Positions 27,727-41,079 of a stretch of DNA of 64,000 bases are shown piece by piece. Position 1 is the first letter of the stretch; the number at the start of each line of letters is the position of its first letter. The stretch spans positions 1 to 64,000 of the forward strand of contig MEDX01000005.1 in the NCBI GenBank assembly GCA_001724245.1. The letters run 5' to 3'. Both the position numbers and the translations under genes were made by a program. Below the pieces are notes generated by a model, which searched no databases, had not been told where the DNA came from, and saw nothing but the letters and a program-made list of their open reading frames with translations. The stretch comes from Fonticula-like sp. SCN 57-25 (Eukaryota).

Positions 27727-28079
27727 AGAGAAAAAATATGAAACCAATATGAATTATGATAGAACGGAGCGGCGGGGCGGCGGACGAAGGCTATTTCAGG
27801 CGGGGTTGGACGCGCTCCTGTAAAAGCCTTTCTGCCCGCCGTGCACAACATTCTTTATCGCTGCGCCGTAGAATGCGGTCAGTATTTTGCTTTTCCTTCT
27901 CTCGCTTTTCCTGCATTCAATACAAACCAATAATGTATGTTTCGCGACAAACACAAATGGATACCACTGGCATATGGTGAACACCGGAACATCAATTACA
28001 CAATGGTAGAAATAATGATAATAATAATGATAATGATAATAATAGCAATAGTTTACAGTGATTGATAAAATACATCCCC

Positions 28080-28654
28080 TCAGATACCAAAAGCCGTTCG
28101 GATGGCACGCTGCATATCGGGCCGGCAGCAGAGAGCGAGCGCCTCCTCCGGTGCCACCTACAGAGCAATGACGTTAACAACAAGAAAAGTAAGTAATTGA
28201 CGCACAAATTGCCGTGGCCGACCCTTCTCCGGATAATCTTGTAGTACGTTGTTCACGGCCATCTTGTAGTACAGGTAAACGTGCTTGTCGGTGGACTCCT
28301 CAAACATGAGCGTCGCCGAATCGCCCTGCACGCCCGACTCTTCCCACGCCTCGCGACGCGCTGCCTCCTGTGTCGATCCGCGCGTCAGTACAAAGTGTAT
28401 GCCCCTCATCGCTGAGCGCACCTCGGACGTCTCATTGGAATCCCAGCCGCCCTTGGGGATGATCCAGTCGCCCTTGCGGAGACTGCGTGACGTCAGCAAA
28501 AACGACGCAAAACAAAGCGATTTTCGTACCTCTGAATGAGAACAACGCGCGAGTCGTAGACTGGCACGCAGATACACACCATCCGCTGGCCCGACTCGCT
28601 GTACCGCTGCATGTCGCGGCCGACATGCTCCTGGAACACCGCCGTTGCCGCCAT
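28080..28654 (-). CDS. Diphosphoinositol-polyphosphate phosphohydrolase (DIPP/Aps1-type Nudix)
   Basis: GRDMQRY..GQR, WIIPKGGWDSNETSE|EAARREAWEESGV Nudix box; 3 introns. Confidence 0.88.
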
Positions 28655-28854
28655 TGTGGAGTCACGTGATTTGATCGGACACAGCATTGTGACAGTCCTG
28701 TTGTGAATCATCGCCGACGGCGGTCATTTCGGCGGCGGCGGCGTCGCCAAACCAAACACGCGTTCGTCTCCACGGCTCGGCGGGCGATCTGCGTGCCACA
28801 CCAGAGTCAGTAGCTTCTCTCTATAGCCTGCCCCCCTCTCAGTCCCTTGCCGAC

Positions 28855-31105
28855 ATGTCTGACGAGGACGACGGGAGCGATGAGGTCTCCGATCCCGGTG
28901 TGGCCTACGCCGCGGCATCAGCAACGCAAGCAGCGTACGGCCCAATCTGGCCTCTTGCCCCGCCGCCCTGGCGCGGTCCCTGTTCCACGTGCACTTACGC
29001 GTCCACATTGCGCTGATAGTGACAAGCTGCGTCGGATGCGCGACAAGCGCGTGTGCGTCCGGTGCAAGATCGGCAAGACGTTCTGCGATGAGGGCCGCCC
29101 GTGCCGGCGGTGCATTCGCCTCGGCCACGAGAACGATTGCGTGGACGCGCCGAGCAAGCAACCAAGACCGCGCGGCCCGGGGAAAGCAAAGCGTACGCAC
29201 TCGTTTGGGGCCGAATGGGGAGGGATCGTGTGTGTGTCCTAGCCACGCTGTGGATCCCGATGGGTCGGGGTGGCGTCGGCGGGATGATGGCGGTTAATAT
29301 TTGCTTTGTGTTGAGTTTATATCTGTTATGTAATTTGTTTATTTTTTCAATTGTGGTTTGTAATTTGCGGTTTGTATAAGAGTTTATTTTGTATTGTGCA
29401 TGTGTCTAATATCGCTGCAGGCCTTCTCCTGGACGCCATGTCCAATGACGTAAATGGCATCCGTCGCCCCGCCCAGCGCGCGCCGACCAATGGCCATGCA
29501 TCTTTGTCGTCGCCCGCATCCTCGCACATGACGAGCGAGCTCGGCGGCCATGCGGCGACGTTGGCGGGGATGCGCGACACAATGGACCCGATGATCGGCG
29601 CGGCCGACGCAATGTCGCCCAGCGCATTCGACACAGAGTACGACCACACAAAGGGTTTAATAGAAGGGCAGTAGTGTGTGTGTGTTTGGAAAGAGGGACG
29701 GAAAGAGACTAGCCATTTTTGTATGGATTATGTTGATTGCCGCGAATATGTTGTGTGTTTCATCCAATCACATCACTGATAATTTCGCCAATAGTTTATT
29801 TTCAACGAATCGGACGTCGGAGCAGCACTCTGACCTGTACCTTGAGGCCTCTTCCGGCGCGACGTCGTCGGCTTCCGGCGGCGACCCACTGACGCTCTTT
29901 TCGCTGACGTACTCGAACCACGACAGGACACCTGCTGATGTCATTGCAAGTGGTGTGCTGACCGCCAACTACTGCCAGGAGGTGTACAAGGAGCTCGTCA
30001 GGTGGCACGAGCGCATCACGCTCGGGACGGCGGCCATCACGGCGCCAATGTATATTTTATACTGGTACGATATTGATGGATGTTGGGTGGTATTGGGATT
30101 GTTGGCCAATCAGGGTGAAATTGGCAGCAGGGATGATATGATAGTTGCATGCATACATGGTTGCATGCACGGATTCATGGATATTTGTGGTTCTTGGTGT
30201 GTTTATGGAATGCTTCACGGAATGGTGTTGATGTTACGTATATGATGTGACTTTTCTGCTTTCGCCGTTGCTGATTTGTCGATAGCCGCCACTATATAGA
30301 GATGGCAACGCACTATAATGCGGTGTCGCCGTCCGTCCTTGCGTCGCACCGCGCATTTCTCCTGTCAAACCTCCCCGACACGCGCATGATCCGCGAGTAT
30401 CTCCTCGACCACCCGCAGCCACCGGCGGTACGCACGCTCATGTAATCAGTGGAGGGTTTCAGTGTTGTTTTATGCATGCAAAGTATATCTTATACGTGGT
30501 GTGTGCTTGTAGTGAAAGTATGTTTTTATCTGTGTATATATGTTCATATATGCGTATGCATGCACGTATGCATGTATGTTTGTGCATATGTGACTATCTA
30601 TCTATATATGTCTATATATCATCCTTTTCTTCAATTTTTTCTAACCTTATCTCAGAATGCCGACGACCTGAGCGACCGCGTGACAAACCTCGTCTATGAA
30701 AAACTCCCCCTCGCCGTCGTTCGCCTCCGCCAGGACAACTTTATCCTCCGCCCAACCTTTCTCAACGAGCACGCCCAGCGCCTCTTTGGCTACGCGCCGC
30801 ACGAGCTGGCCGACGCTGGCGTGGCGGGCATGTTTTTCGCACTCATCCTGCACCCCGACAGCTGGGTTGCCGTCGCCGTTGCCGCTGCCAGCGCCATCGT
30901 CAACAAGCAGGAGGTGTTTATGACGCGCGCGCGGTGCGTCGGGCGAGCCGCCGCGGGAGGGGACGCGGCCGGCGGGGGGGCGCGCCTGGGCATCGACGCG
31001 GCGGCCGCGGCAGGGGAGATGTTTGACGTTGTGATTACGTGTCAGATGGAGTACAGGAGCGGGCCGGTGCCGACGGCGGCCACAATCTTTGCGCAGGTCG
31101 TATGA
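28855..31105 (+). CDS. Zn(II)2Cys6 transcription factor with C-terminal PAS-like region (Ert1/Rds2/AcuK-like architecture); exon structure partly uncertain
   Basis: CVRCKIGKTFCDEGRPCRRCIRLGHENDC zinc cluster; LNEHAQRLFGYAPHEL PAS-like segment in the last exon. Confidence 0.78.
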
Positions 31106-31205
31106 AGCCAAAATGAGGCGGTGTATTGTACGTGTACGAATAGGGAACAGATAAGAAGTATATTCATAAATGTGGATGCACAAAGAGAGGAAACACAAAG
31201 CGCGG

Positions 31206-32743
31206 CTATTCGGTTTGGCTAAGCGGGAAAGCGGTAAGTAATCAGGAAAAGTGGAAATGGCCAATCACAAAAAAGAAAATATCAAATGAAAGGGTGTGCA
31301 TGATACAGACGCTGCCCAACACACAAAGGGCATGATACCCATTGCTCCAATGACAAGATACGCTATGCAAAGACATCGATTGCACTCTATGACAAACTAC
31401 AACAGATACTCCCTGCGCAAAATGGACAGTCTACGCTCCAATCCACTCACAATCCATCCCAATAACACATGACTCCATATGCAACATGCCCACAGTTTTC
31501 ATATTATCCCGCTGCGTACCGGGCCCACTCGACGTGGAGAATGAGATTGTCGTAACCGTATCCGTTGAGCTGCTCGATGGCGCGCTGGGCGTCGTCCCTG
31601 TTGGCAAAGCTGACAAAGGCAAAGCCCTTCGAGTTCCTCGTAATCTTGTCGCGCGCGAGGTACGTGCGGTTGACCGAGCCAAAGTAGCGGAAGAGGTCCT
31701 GCAGGTCGTTCTCTGTCGTGTCCTCGGACAAGTTGGACACACGCACTGTCGACGCGTCCTCCATCGCTGCAAGCATGCGTCAGCACTGAGAAAGGAAAGC
31801 CGAGAAAAAGACATAATGGCACAAATAGCGGCATGGTGGCACAAATACAGGTTCATGCACAGACACAGGCACATACTACGCGGCACACGACACCAAAGAA
31901 CATCATGAAGCCGGCATCGCCAGAGCAAATAAAAGATCATCACGCACCCCGCTTGCGGTCGTAGGGCTCGCCCTTCCGGCCAAACTTGTCGCTTCCCACC
32001 CTGAGGTTTGGTGGCACATACTTTCCTCCTGCCGATGTGCCAGCCGCTCCCGTCCCTAAATAGCACGTCAGTCATCGCAAGTCCGGTTAAAAGGCATCCT
32101 CAGTGGGCATCGCCACTTGCCTCCTTCAACTTTCCCTTTTATCCCTCTTCTTCTTCAATTGCCACGCACCTTGGCCGTCGAGACCTCCCTGCACGGCGGC
32201 GGTAGCCTCAGCGGCCGCCTCAGTAAGAGCGCCGAGCGAGTCCTTGTAGGGGCACTTGCTCGTCCAGTGGTCGCCCTTGCAGACACGGCACACCACGATC
32301 TTGTCCTTCTTCTTGAGCGCGTCGGCGCCCTCAAGCGCCTCCTCCTCCTCGGCGGCGCTCTGCTTCAAGCTGAGCTTGACCGCGATGTTTTCCGAAAGCG
32401 TTGTCGTCGAGGGATCCGGCCCGGGCTTCCGGCCAGTCTCGTCGCCAAACTTGCGCCACTGCTTGCGCGCAGCGACGCTCTTGCTCACAGCGTGCGTCAC
32501 CTTGCTCACCTTAAACTTGCGCGTCACCTTCACCTGCCGGCCATCGTCATTCAGGTATGAAATCACAGTCTTGATGCCGTCGGCATCGGGGCCAATGATC
32601 TCGGTGGGGGGGAGGGCATCATCCTCATCATCAAGCGTCTCATCCGCCCAGTTCTTTTGACTGAAAATAAAGCAATGTTAGTGCGTTGTTATCAAGCAAA
32701 AAAGAGGCGCGGGGAAAGGAGGCAGCGAGGCGCACCCGCCCAT
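31206..32743 (-). CDS. EIF3G: Translation initiation factor eIF3 subunit g (last micro-exon uncertain)
   Basis: VAARKQWRKFG, CRVCKGDHWTSKCPYK, RRM TVRVSNLSED...SKGFAFV...GYGYDNLILHVEWA. Confidence 0.95.
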
Positions 32744-32919
32744 CTCGAATCCCTTTCTCACTCGATGGCGCGTGGGCAAGGGCAAGGGAGGATGCGGATT
32801 GGGTACACCCTGAATCGGCTCGGGGGGAAGCAAAATGGTTTACTCGGTTAAAAAGGGTCAGTCTGATTGGCCCATTCGTCGTGACGTCAGCGTGTGACGT
32901 CGCACTATTGATCACCACA

Positions 32920-33526
32920 ATGGCGGCGACGGGATCCCTGAGCAGGGCGCTCAAGGAGCACAATGCCAGGCAGAGCGTGCTTCGCGGCGAGAGCGGTACG
33001 TGACAAACCTTTTTAAAAGCGTGCTCCGATTTGCGGACTGTTTATTAATTCTTCTTTTATAGAGAGGCTGAGAAAGGAGGCGATTGACTCGGTTTCTGGT
33101 GTTACTGATTTGATGGTGGACGTCCTCAATCAACGGTGCGCTGCCGCTTCACCCCTGCCGCTCATCTAACGCCTTTTTTTTTTAGTGTGCTTCAGGTCTT
33201 TTCTAATCAGCGCGAGCTCGAAGTTGAAGCGAAGCGCCTCCAGATGCTTTCGTCAAAGTACTCGCGTCAAACCGCCCAGTGGCTGACCATGATCGACAGC
33301 TTCAACACGTCGCTCAAGGAGCTGGGCGACGTGCAGAGCTGGGCGCGGAGCATTGAGAATGATATGAAGACAATTGCGCAGGCGCTGGAGTACGTCCACC
33401 AAGGTACGCAGGCATCATCGAGATTGGACATTCTTCAACTAACGCGCTCGCTATTCACCCCCAGGTGCCGCCGACTACGTCCATTCAGGTGGCACGATTG
33501 ACAGCGACCCAACGGTCCCCCAGTAG
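32920..33526 (+). CDS. BLOC1S1: BLOC-1/BORC subunit 1 (GCN5L1)
   Basis: LSRALKEH, VFSNQRELEVEAK, FNTSLKELGDVQSWARSIENDMKTIAQALEYV. Confidence 0.92.
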
Positions 33527-33775
33527 ACGTCTTTCATTTATATTCGCTCATTTTGTACACTTTTTTAATGATAATGATTCCCTTTCGATGCCGTTGCCCC
33601 GACTCTGCCCCAAACAATTGATGGCCACGTGGATGTTGATTTGGCGCTGATTTCGATTTGGCGCGAACGGAGCGCCACCGACCCGCCCTGCGGCGCATTC
33701 GCGTCTGCGCCGCCGATCCCTGGCTGATCCCTGCGTCCATTTTCGATACCTTTGTAGCCGTGTATTGAGCCTGTT

Positions 33776-35299
33776 ATGTCTCGCCGCGTGCGTGATGACG
33801 ACTTGAATGCCGACGGCGACTCGTCCGATGACTCGTCATCACCGCTTGCAGGCGGCATCAAGCGGCGTCGCACCTCGCGTGTGCTTCGGTCGAGCGCACC
33901 CGCGTCTCTCTCGCTGCGCGACCGCGCGCTTGCTCGCCTTAAGCGTCTCAAGGCGGGCGCTGCGGCTTCTTCTTCTGACGACGATGACGACACTGATGCC
34001 GCGTCCGACAATGACAACTTTGAAGATGATGACATTGCCGATGACGACGTCGACGACGATATTGAAGCCTTTGTTGACGATGATGATGCCCTGCCGAGCA
34101 TTCACGACGCGTCCGCCTCGGGCCTCTCCGCGCGTCGCTCGCCCGACGCGCCCGCGCTGACGCCGTCGACGTTCCCCTTTGCGCCGGCGTCCATGGACCC
34201 GATTCAGGACTCGTTCGAGGTCTACGTGCAATACCTGGCAAGCGCGGCACTCGACCCGGACTTTGCCGCCCTCGTGACGTCACCGGGTGCGTCTGTTAGT
34301 GTGGTCTGTGTGGGGGGTGGATGTGATGCTTTGCGAATTGATCAGACTCCATTGTGTATTGTGCATGCTCGCCTGTTTTGTTCTGCCTACTGACACGCCT
34401 GCTCAGACGAGCCCGACGACTACTTTGAGCCTGCTTTGAAGAGCATTGACCGCCGCCTTGAAGCTTTTAAAACCTTTATGGTCTCTAGCAACGTGTGGAG
34501 CGCGCAGTTCAAGGTACCTTTCCACCTCACCTGTCGCCGCCGCTCACCCTTGCCAGGCCGACCTCGAGACGTTCCCCTATTGCGACTCGGTGTCCTTTGA
34601 GGACGGTGGCAGCATCCCGTGCTCGGCATGCGCGCGCAGCCAGCACTGGGCCGTTGTTGAGATGTGCCTCTCGGGTGACCCCTACGACCCAACGACGCTA
34701 CAGAGCAAAGCCAAATTTAAAGTGGGATCTGCGCAAACTGGGCTGCAAAATGGGATGCAGACTGGTCGACAAGACCGGCTAGAGTCGGATGATGATGACG
34801 TTGAACAGAGCAGGCTGCGAACTGGTGTGCAGACTGATGCGCAGATTGCGTCCAGTCGACGTCGTGACAGGCGTCGCATTGTCGACGATGATGATGATGA
34901 CGATGATTATGATCATGATTCTGATGCTGATGCTGATGAACATGACCATGATCCCGCTGATGCTGATGCTGCCGATGCTTCTCCTCTCTCTGTTACGGTC
35001 CATCTTGGCAAGACATGCGCGCACCGCGCCGACGTGTACCACCGGCTGCACCACTTTCGCTTCCACCTCTTCCTCGAGGTGCAGGCAGAGACCGCCAAAC
35101 TGCTTCGCCACGTGACCGACCAGATGGGTGACGCCGCCGATGACGTCATTCATGCTGCGGTGGTGCGCGCGATGCTGGACGGCGCGGGCATGATGCGCAG
35201 CGTACGCGGTGTGGGTAAAAAGGAGGAGGCTAACATATTGCGCAGTGGTTCGACATGTACGAGGGACTGCTCAGAGAGGCGGAGCGGTTCGGTAGGTAA
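33776..35299 (+). CDS. CCDC82/DUF4211-like protein
   Basis: Acidic N-terminus, SFEVYVQYLASAALDPDF, SNVWSAQFK, CSACARSQH, LGKTCAHRADVYHRLHHF. Confidence 0.72.
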
Positions 35300-35630
35300 G
35301 GCCACGTGGGTGTTGTAAGTTGGAATGCTTCCTGACGGTATGGCTGTGAATATCCATTGTCAGTATCGGATCTCGATATCGGACCTTTTCTATGGGTATG
35401 TTGTGATGATAGGAACAGTCCTGTAGATAGGTTTTGTTGTTGTTTTTTACCTATAGATATGATTGCCCTATAGGGATCGTTCTATAGATTGGACTGTTTT
35501 TGTAGATCGATTGATTGTGTATCTGTATTATTTTATCTGCTGTTCCGTGTACGTATACCATTAATATACCATTGACTCATATATACTCTGCTGCATACCA
35601 TACGAATAATGTACAAGAAGGAAAAGGGAC

Positions 35631-36363
35631 TCAAAAGGGCTTTGCGCACTTTCGCGGCTCGCGCACTTTTGTCGTCGGGCACATCATCTCCTGCCAGCTG
35701 ATGGGGATCATCGGCGTCCCTGCAAAATGCGTCAGCCAAAGAGCAAAGAGAAGGAAGAGAAGGAAGAGAGGAACAAAGTTTCCAATGTCGCAGTAAGAGC
35801 GCCGCGACGCAACAGTATGATTCGATGACACCAGAGTAACCCCGCCCTATCCATGTGGCCCATCCAATCCGCATATGCCGCGTACCGATCTCGCTCTCTG
35901 CAAAGATGACGCCGAGGTCGTTCCTCGCCGTCGTGAGGTAGTACGACCTGGCATCGCCGAGCGAGAACACCGCCGCTCTTACAACATCCCCCGGCCGAAA
36001 CGACTTGTAGATCGTGACGCGGTCCTTGTCGGACGAACGGATGTCCTGCACGCGGATGATGCCCCGGTGCGCCTGCGCCAGCGGCGATCCGTCCACAACC
36101 AGGATCGACACGCTCGCAAAACGCGGATTCACCTTGGTCACCTTGCCAACAACAACGCTGTTGAGCGTCGGGACACGCACAGCGTCGCCAGGATGCGACA
36201 CGGACACGCTGGGGAGGCCGCCGAGCACATCGGATGGCGCAACGTGACGCACGCCCACAAGGGAAGAGTGGATCACACCGCCGCGCACGTACGTCCCAAC
36301 GCCAGCCACGTGCTCTGACGCGCTCCCAACGACGCTCCCTGGAGTTACGTGGTCAACCGACAT
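35631..36363 (-). CDS. EXOSC1: Exosome cap subunit Csl4
   Basis: [70 protein letters not shown]. Confidence 0.95.
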
Positions 36364-36683
36364 TAGAAATAGAGGAGGAAAGGACTGCGCGGCGACGATC
36401 TGCCGGGGAAGCACGGTTCCTCGGGCAGCGCCACGATGGATATGATCACGTGATGCGTTAGTCACGTGGTTTTGTCACGTGATCGGGTGGATTTGCCGCG
36501 CGTCTCCGCGTCCGCGACTGCATCTGCGACCTTCGCAGCGTTCCTGACTGCCTCTCTGCTTCGCGCCAAACTGATCGGCGGTGGATTTTCCTTGTTTTAC
36601 CATTGTATTTGATTGTGGGCGCTTTTTTTTGCGTCTTCGTCTCATTTTAGTTGGCCGATCTCGTTTCTTTTCCTTTGGCCTCC

Positions 36684-39043
36684 ATGTGCGCGTCGCCAGA
36701 TGGCGGGTACCCGTGCATCTTTGAGGGCTGCGATCGCGTCTTCTCGCGGCAGGTGAGCTTGAGCCAGCATGTTATGTACATGCACATGAAGGACGACGTT
36801 GGAGCGGCGCACGAATCGGCGGCATCCGGCCAGCATGCGTCAGCATCGGGTGGGCACCATCATCATCCTGGATCGGGGTCGCCGACGGGATCGGCGGCGC
36901 GCGGTGGTGACACATCGCCGACAAGGCTAGGTGGAGCAGGAAAGGGAGCGGACTTGGCGTGGACGACGAGGAGAAAGGCGGCGAACGTGGCGATGGAGAA
37001 GAGCAAAGCTCGTACGTCAGAGAAGATGGGGAGGGAGAGGGATGAGGACCGACGTGGTATTGTATGTGTGTAGTTTTGTAATGTAATTGTGTGTAATTTA
37101 ACGTAACTGTGTGTAATGTAATGTAACTATGTGTATTTCAATGTAATTGTGTGTTCTTTAGTATTTTAGTGTTTTTTGTATCACCGTGAATCATTGTGTA
37201 TCATGTTGTGTCATTTAGTGTCATGGTGCATCATACTATCGGTGTATGCCTTTTTGCATTTGTTACGTCTGCATTTGCAATACGGATGGCAATCATATCA
37301 TTGGTGTATGCACCTATACTGTGTTGCGCGTCTTGTGTCGCGTGCATTGTGTGGATATGCCTTGTCGACCCCGAATTCTCACACACACACAGAGTCAAAG
37401 TACTACAAGCGCCGCGGCCTGACGTCCCTCGCCCCCTCTCCGACCAATCAGAGCGACGCTACCTCCACCTCCGGTCAATCCGCGCACGGCGTGGGCCGCC
37501 GCCCGCACCAATCACGTCCGCCGCTTCGCGCGCTGCTTAAGCGCGACGACGACGCTTTCCTCGCCGATTGCCGGCGACGAGTCGACCAGCTGAGTGACGT
37601 TATTGATTTTGAGAGTATGTGCGCGATAACGTCTCCGGTCGTCGTTGGGCGGCGGTCGCGGAAGAGGGCGCCGAAGGAGGCCGGCGGCACGGCCGGGGAT
37701 GATGTCACAGAGGAGCTCGTTCAATGGGAGCCTCTATCAATGTACGAAAACCATGTGGGTTTTATCTCGTGATTGTTTGCTGACATTTTTTCAGTGGAAT
37801 CAGCAGCTTGTGGATGGACGCGGCGTCCGAGCACGCACTGCCACGTGCCGTCGAGCTTGCCCGGCTCGCCCCGCAGGACGTGGAGGGCCTTGTGGTGGGA
37901 AGGCCGAAGCGGCGCCAAGTGGTCTTGCGGCGGTTTCTGTCACCCGCCGCGCGCGCCGTCCTCGACGGCCAGGCCGTCCTCGGCGGCCACCCCGACGGAC
38001 TTGCTAAAAACAGCGGTACGCATAGCGTGATTTGATGTATTTGCCGCGTGTTTTATAGTTGTTGTCATGAGACTTTTATGAGATGGTTTGCTGACAGTGT
38101 GGCAGTGCTTGTGTCGACGGCGCCCGGGGCGCCGACGGCCATTGGACCACGCACGCACCTGCTTGCGGTCCTCTCGGCTGTTCGCGCGGCCAATCACATT
38201 ACGCCGGCGGTGCACCAGGAGGCCGTCCGCGCGATGACGTCATCGCTGCCGCACCACCCGACGCGCGACGCCCTGGTGGCCGTGCTGCTGCAGGCGTCCG
38301 CAGACGGTGGGACGGTAGACACGCAAAACGGCGTGCAATCTGGAGAGTCATTGCACACTGGAGTGCAATCTGGTGTACAAACCTTGCCATTGCAAAATGG
38401 TGTGCAATCTGGCGCAGATGGGCCTCAAACTGACCCACAACCGGGAGACGCCGCACAGGACAGGATACAACCTGCCATGCATACTGCCGCGCAAAGCGGT
38501 TTGCAAGACATCACGCAAACCACCTCACAAACTGGCTTGCAAACCGACGAAACTGCGCCAATTTCAACTTCCCCTTCCCTTTCGATCGCCCCTTCGTCGC
38601 TCGCCCGCGCGGGCCTTCACGTGCGGCGCATTCTGAACGACGCGCGCGACCGCGTTCTGTGCCTTGACATGCTGGACGTGCTCGAGTCGGACCCGAACAG
38701 CGCGCCGTTCCGCCTCGCGCCGCCGTCTTCGTGCGCCGCTGACGACGCCCCCGAGGGCCCGCTCGGCGACGGCACCGCCGCGTCACTCGGCGTCCTCAGG
38801 CAGAGACTCGCAAGGGGATACTATCATTCGCGTGATTTGTTTTGTGATCACGTGATGGATATGCTAGAGCGGGCGCGGGACGCGCAGCGGGACGTGCGGC
38901 TGCGCAACATGGCGGCGGCCCTGTGCGACACGATGCGCACCATGGCAGACGCGGTCGCGGGTGGGGGGCGCGCGCCGCGCGGCAGGGGCTCCCAGGCGGA
39001 CACGCAGAGGACTTGGAAGAGGAAGAGAGACGCCGTTTTGTGA
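36684..39043 (+). CDS. C2H2 zinc-finger protein with C-terminal bromodomain-like region (multi-exon, uncertain model)
   Basis: YPCIFEGCDRVFSRQVSLSQHVMYMH; LESDPNSAPFRL...SLGVLRQRLARGYYHSRDLFCDHVMDM. Confidence 0.62.
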
Positions 39044-39668
39044 TTACGTGTGACTCTTGCTGCTGCATGGGGGATATGCACCAGAGGGACGCGGACGCTT
39101 TTTTTTGCTGTACAACATGATAATCAATAGAAATCTGACGCATTACGCCCAATATTGTACCACGTGGATTGTGGGGACGATATCTTTGCATATAGTGGGT
39201 CATGGGCACATTGGACCGTGCAGCATAGCAATGCCTGCATTATCTATTCTGGTATGAACCATGCAACCATTCATGCCCAGTCCGTGATCCGGTCAGTAGA
39301 TACCGATCCGGATTGCCAATCTGGATTGTTTGTGGTAAACTCCCTGCTGACTGCGACCGGGCTGTGACCCCAGACGCCGACCGACGCAAACGCAAGGGCG
39401 ACCAAACAGGGAAAGGTGCGACGTCGCGCGGTGACTGTGGGGAAGGGGACGTTGTTGCTGTATGCACTGCCGTGATGATTTTGCGCTGCTTTGTGTCTGT
39501 ACTGTACCACGGTCTCGTGATTGGCGATGCTGGCGCAGATCTGCGTACGGCTGCAATGCCGCCGAAATGTTTTGATCCCGCGTGACTCGCGTGCCGCCAT
39601 GCGCCGCTGTGTCTTGCCCTGCTTATATTATCTTTGTACTGATTGCTGTGTGTGTGCGATCCTTGCAG

Positions 39669-40971
39669 ATGGGATATAACGGCACGAAACTCAAGGTGCA
39701 ACTGAAGCTGGCGGTGCAGCGTCTCAAGATGCTGCAGCAGAAGAAGCTGCAGCTGACGCAGACGCAGCGCCGCGAGGTCGCCGCGCTGCTGGAGAAGGGA
39801 AAGCTCGAGTCGGCGAGGATCCGAGTTGAGCACATCATTAGGGAAGACTACAATTGCGAGGCGCTCGAGATGCTCGAGATCTACGCCGAGATGCTCCTCG
39901 TTCGCTTTGGCCTCATCGAAATGTCAAAGTACGAGCGACGCAGATAGGGAAGGGAGGCGGGGCGGGTGGCGAGGCACTGGGGAGGGGAAAGGGCGGTCTT
40001 TGCTGCTGCACGGCACAGCGGCGCATTTGTCATTATTTGCTTACGTCATCCGACGGCCACGCCGGGATCGGACGGGGATCGGAAAAGGATCGCGTTGCTT
40101 TGTGCTATGCGTGTGTGTTAAGTGCTCATCTCTTTTGCTCTCTTTTTGTCATTGTTTTTCTTATGTTGTCGGCCGGTGATCCTATGTTTTGTCTCGGCTG
40201 GTGCTGACTGATGCGCAGGACGCTTGATGCGTCGGTTGCCGAGGCTGCGTGCTCGCTCGCCTTTGCCGCCAACCGCATTGAGGTGAGCGAGCTTATCGCA
40301 ATCCGCGATCAGCTCATCTCCAAGTTTGGCCCGCAGTTCAAGGCCGATGCGCTTGAGAATGCCCGCGGCATCGTCAACGAGCGCGTACGCAATGATCTGC
40401 CTTTGCGCCGCGCGTACTGACATGTGCCGATGCAGCTTATCCATAAGATGAAGATCACGACGCCCGACCCCAAGATTGTAAACGGCTACCTTGCCGAGAT
40501 TGCACACAACTTTAACGTGCCGTGGGGCGAGGTCCCGGACGAGTTTACCGTGCGTGATTGGAGCACATTCCGCGGCTGTTGCTGACCCTCTGCTAGATTG
40601 ACCACTCGCTGATTGGCTCGGACAGCTTCTCCAAGGGCGGCCCTTCCGGTGGGAGCGGCGGCGCGAGCGGCGGTGACATCCCGTCCATTCCGCCTATGGC
40701 AATGCCTTCCTATAGTGCCAATCCCGCGATTGGCGGTGCTCCAAATATGAGCATGCCCATGCCGCATATGGGCATGCCGATGCCGCATATGGGTGCTCAG
40801 CCTGGATTCGTACCAATGGGCAACCTTCCCCCGCAGCCGCAAGCGCCCATCCCGCAGTTTGACTTTCCGAGCGTGCCGCAGTCGAGCGCGGGCGCCCCGG
40901 GCGGCGACGACGACGACATGCCCGACTTTGACGATCTCCAGAAGCGGTTTGACGCCATCAAGCGCCGCTAG
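39669..40971 (+). CDS. IST1: ESCRT-III associated Ist1
   Basis: KLKVQLKLAVQRLKMLQQKK, ARIRVEHIIRED, ELIAIRDQLISKFG, C-terminal MIM DFDDLQKRFDAIKRR. Confidence 0.95.
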
Positions 40972-41079
40972 CCGCACCGCTCTCTGTTTTTTTTCTGTTT
41001 GTGTTTTGCACGAGGTAATGTGTTTATGATTCGCTGTTGCATGGTATGGAAAGGCACTCAATGAAATGACTCTATATTG

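Noticed and set aside
29676..30650. Hydrophobic ORF extensions in T/G-rich stretches (also 37176-37390 and 1755-2060)
   Set aside because: Low-complexity intron or UTR sequence read through by chance
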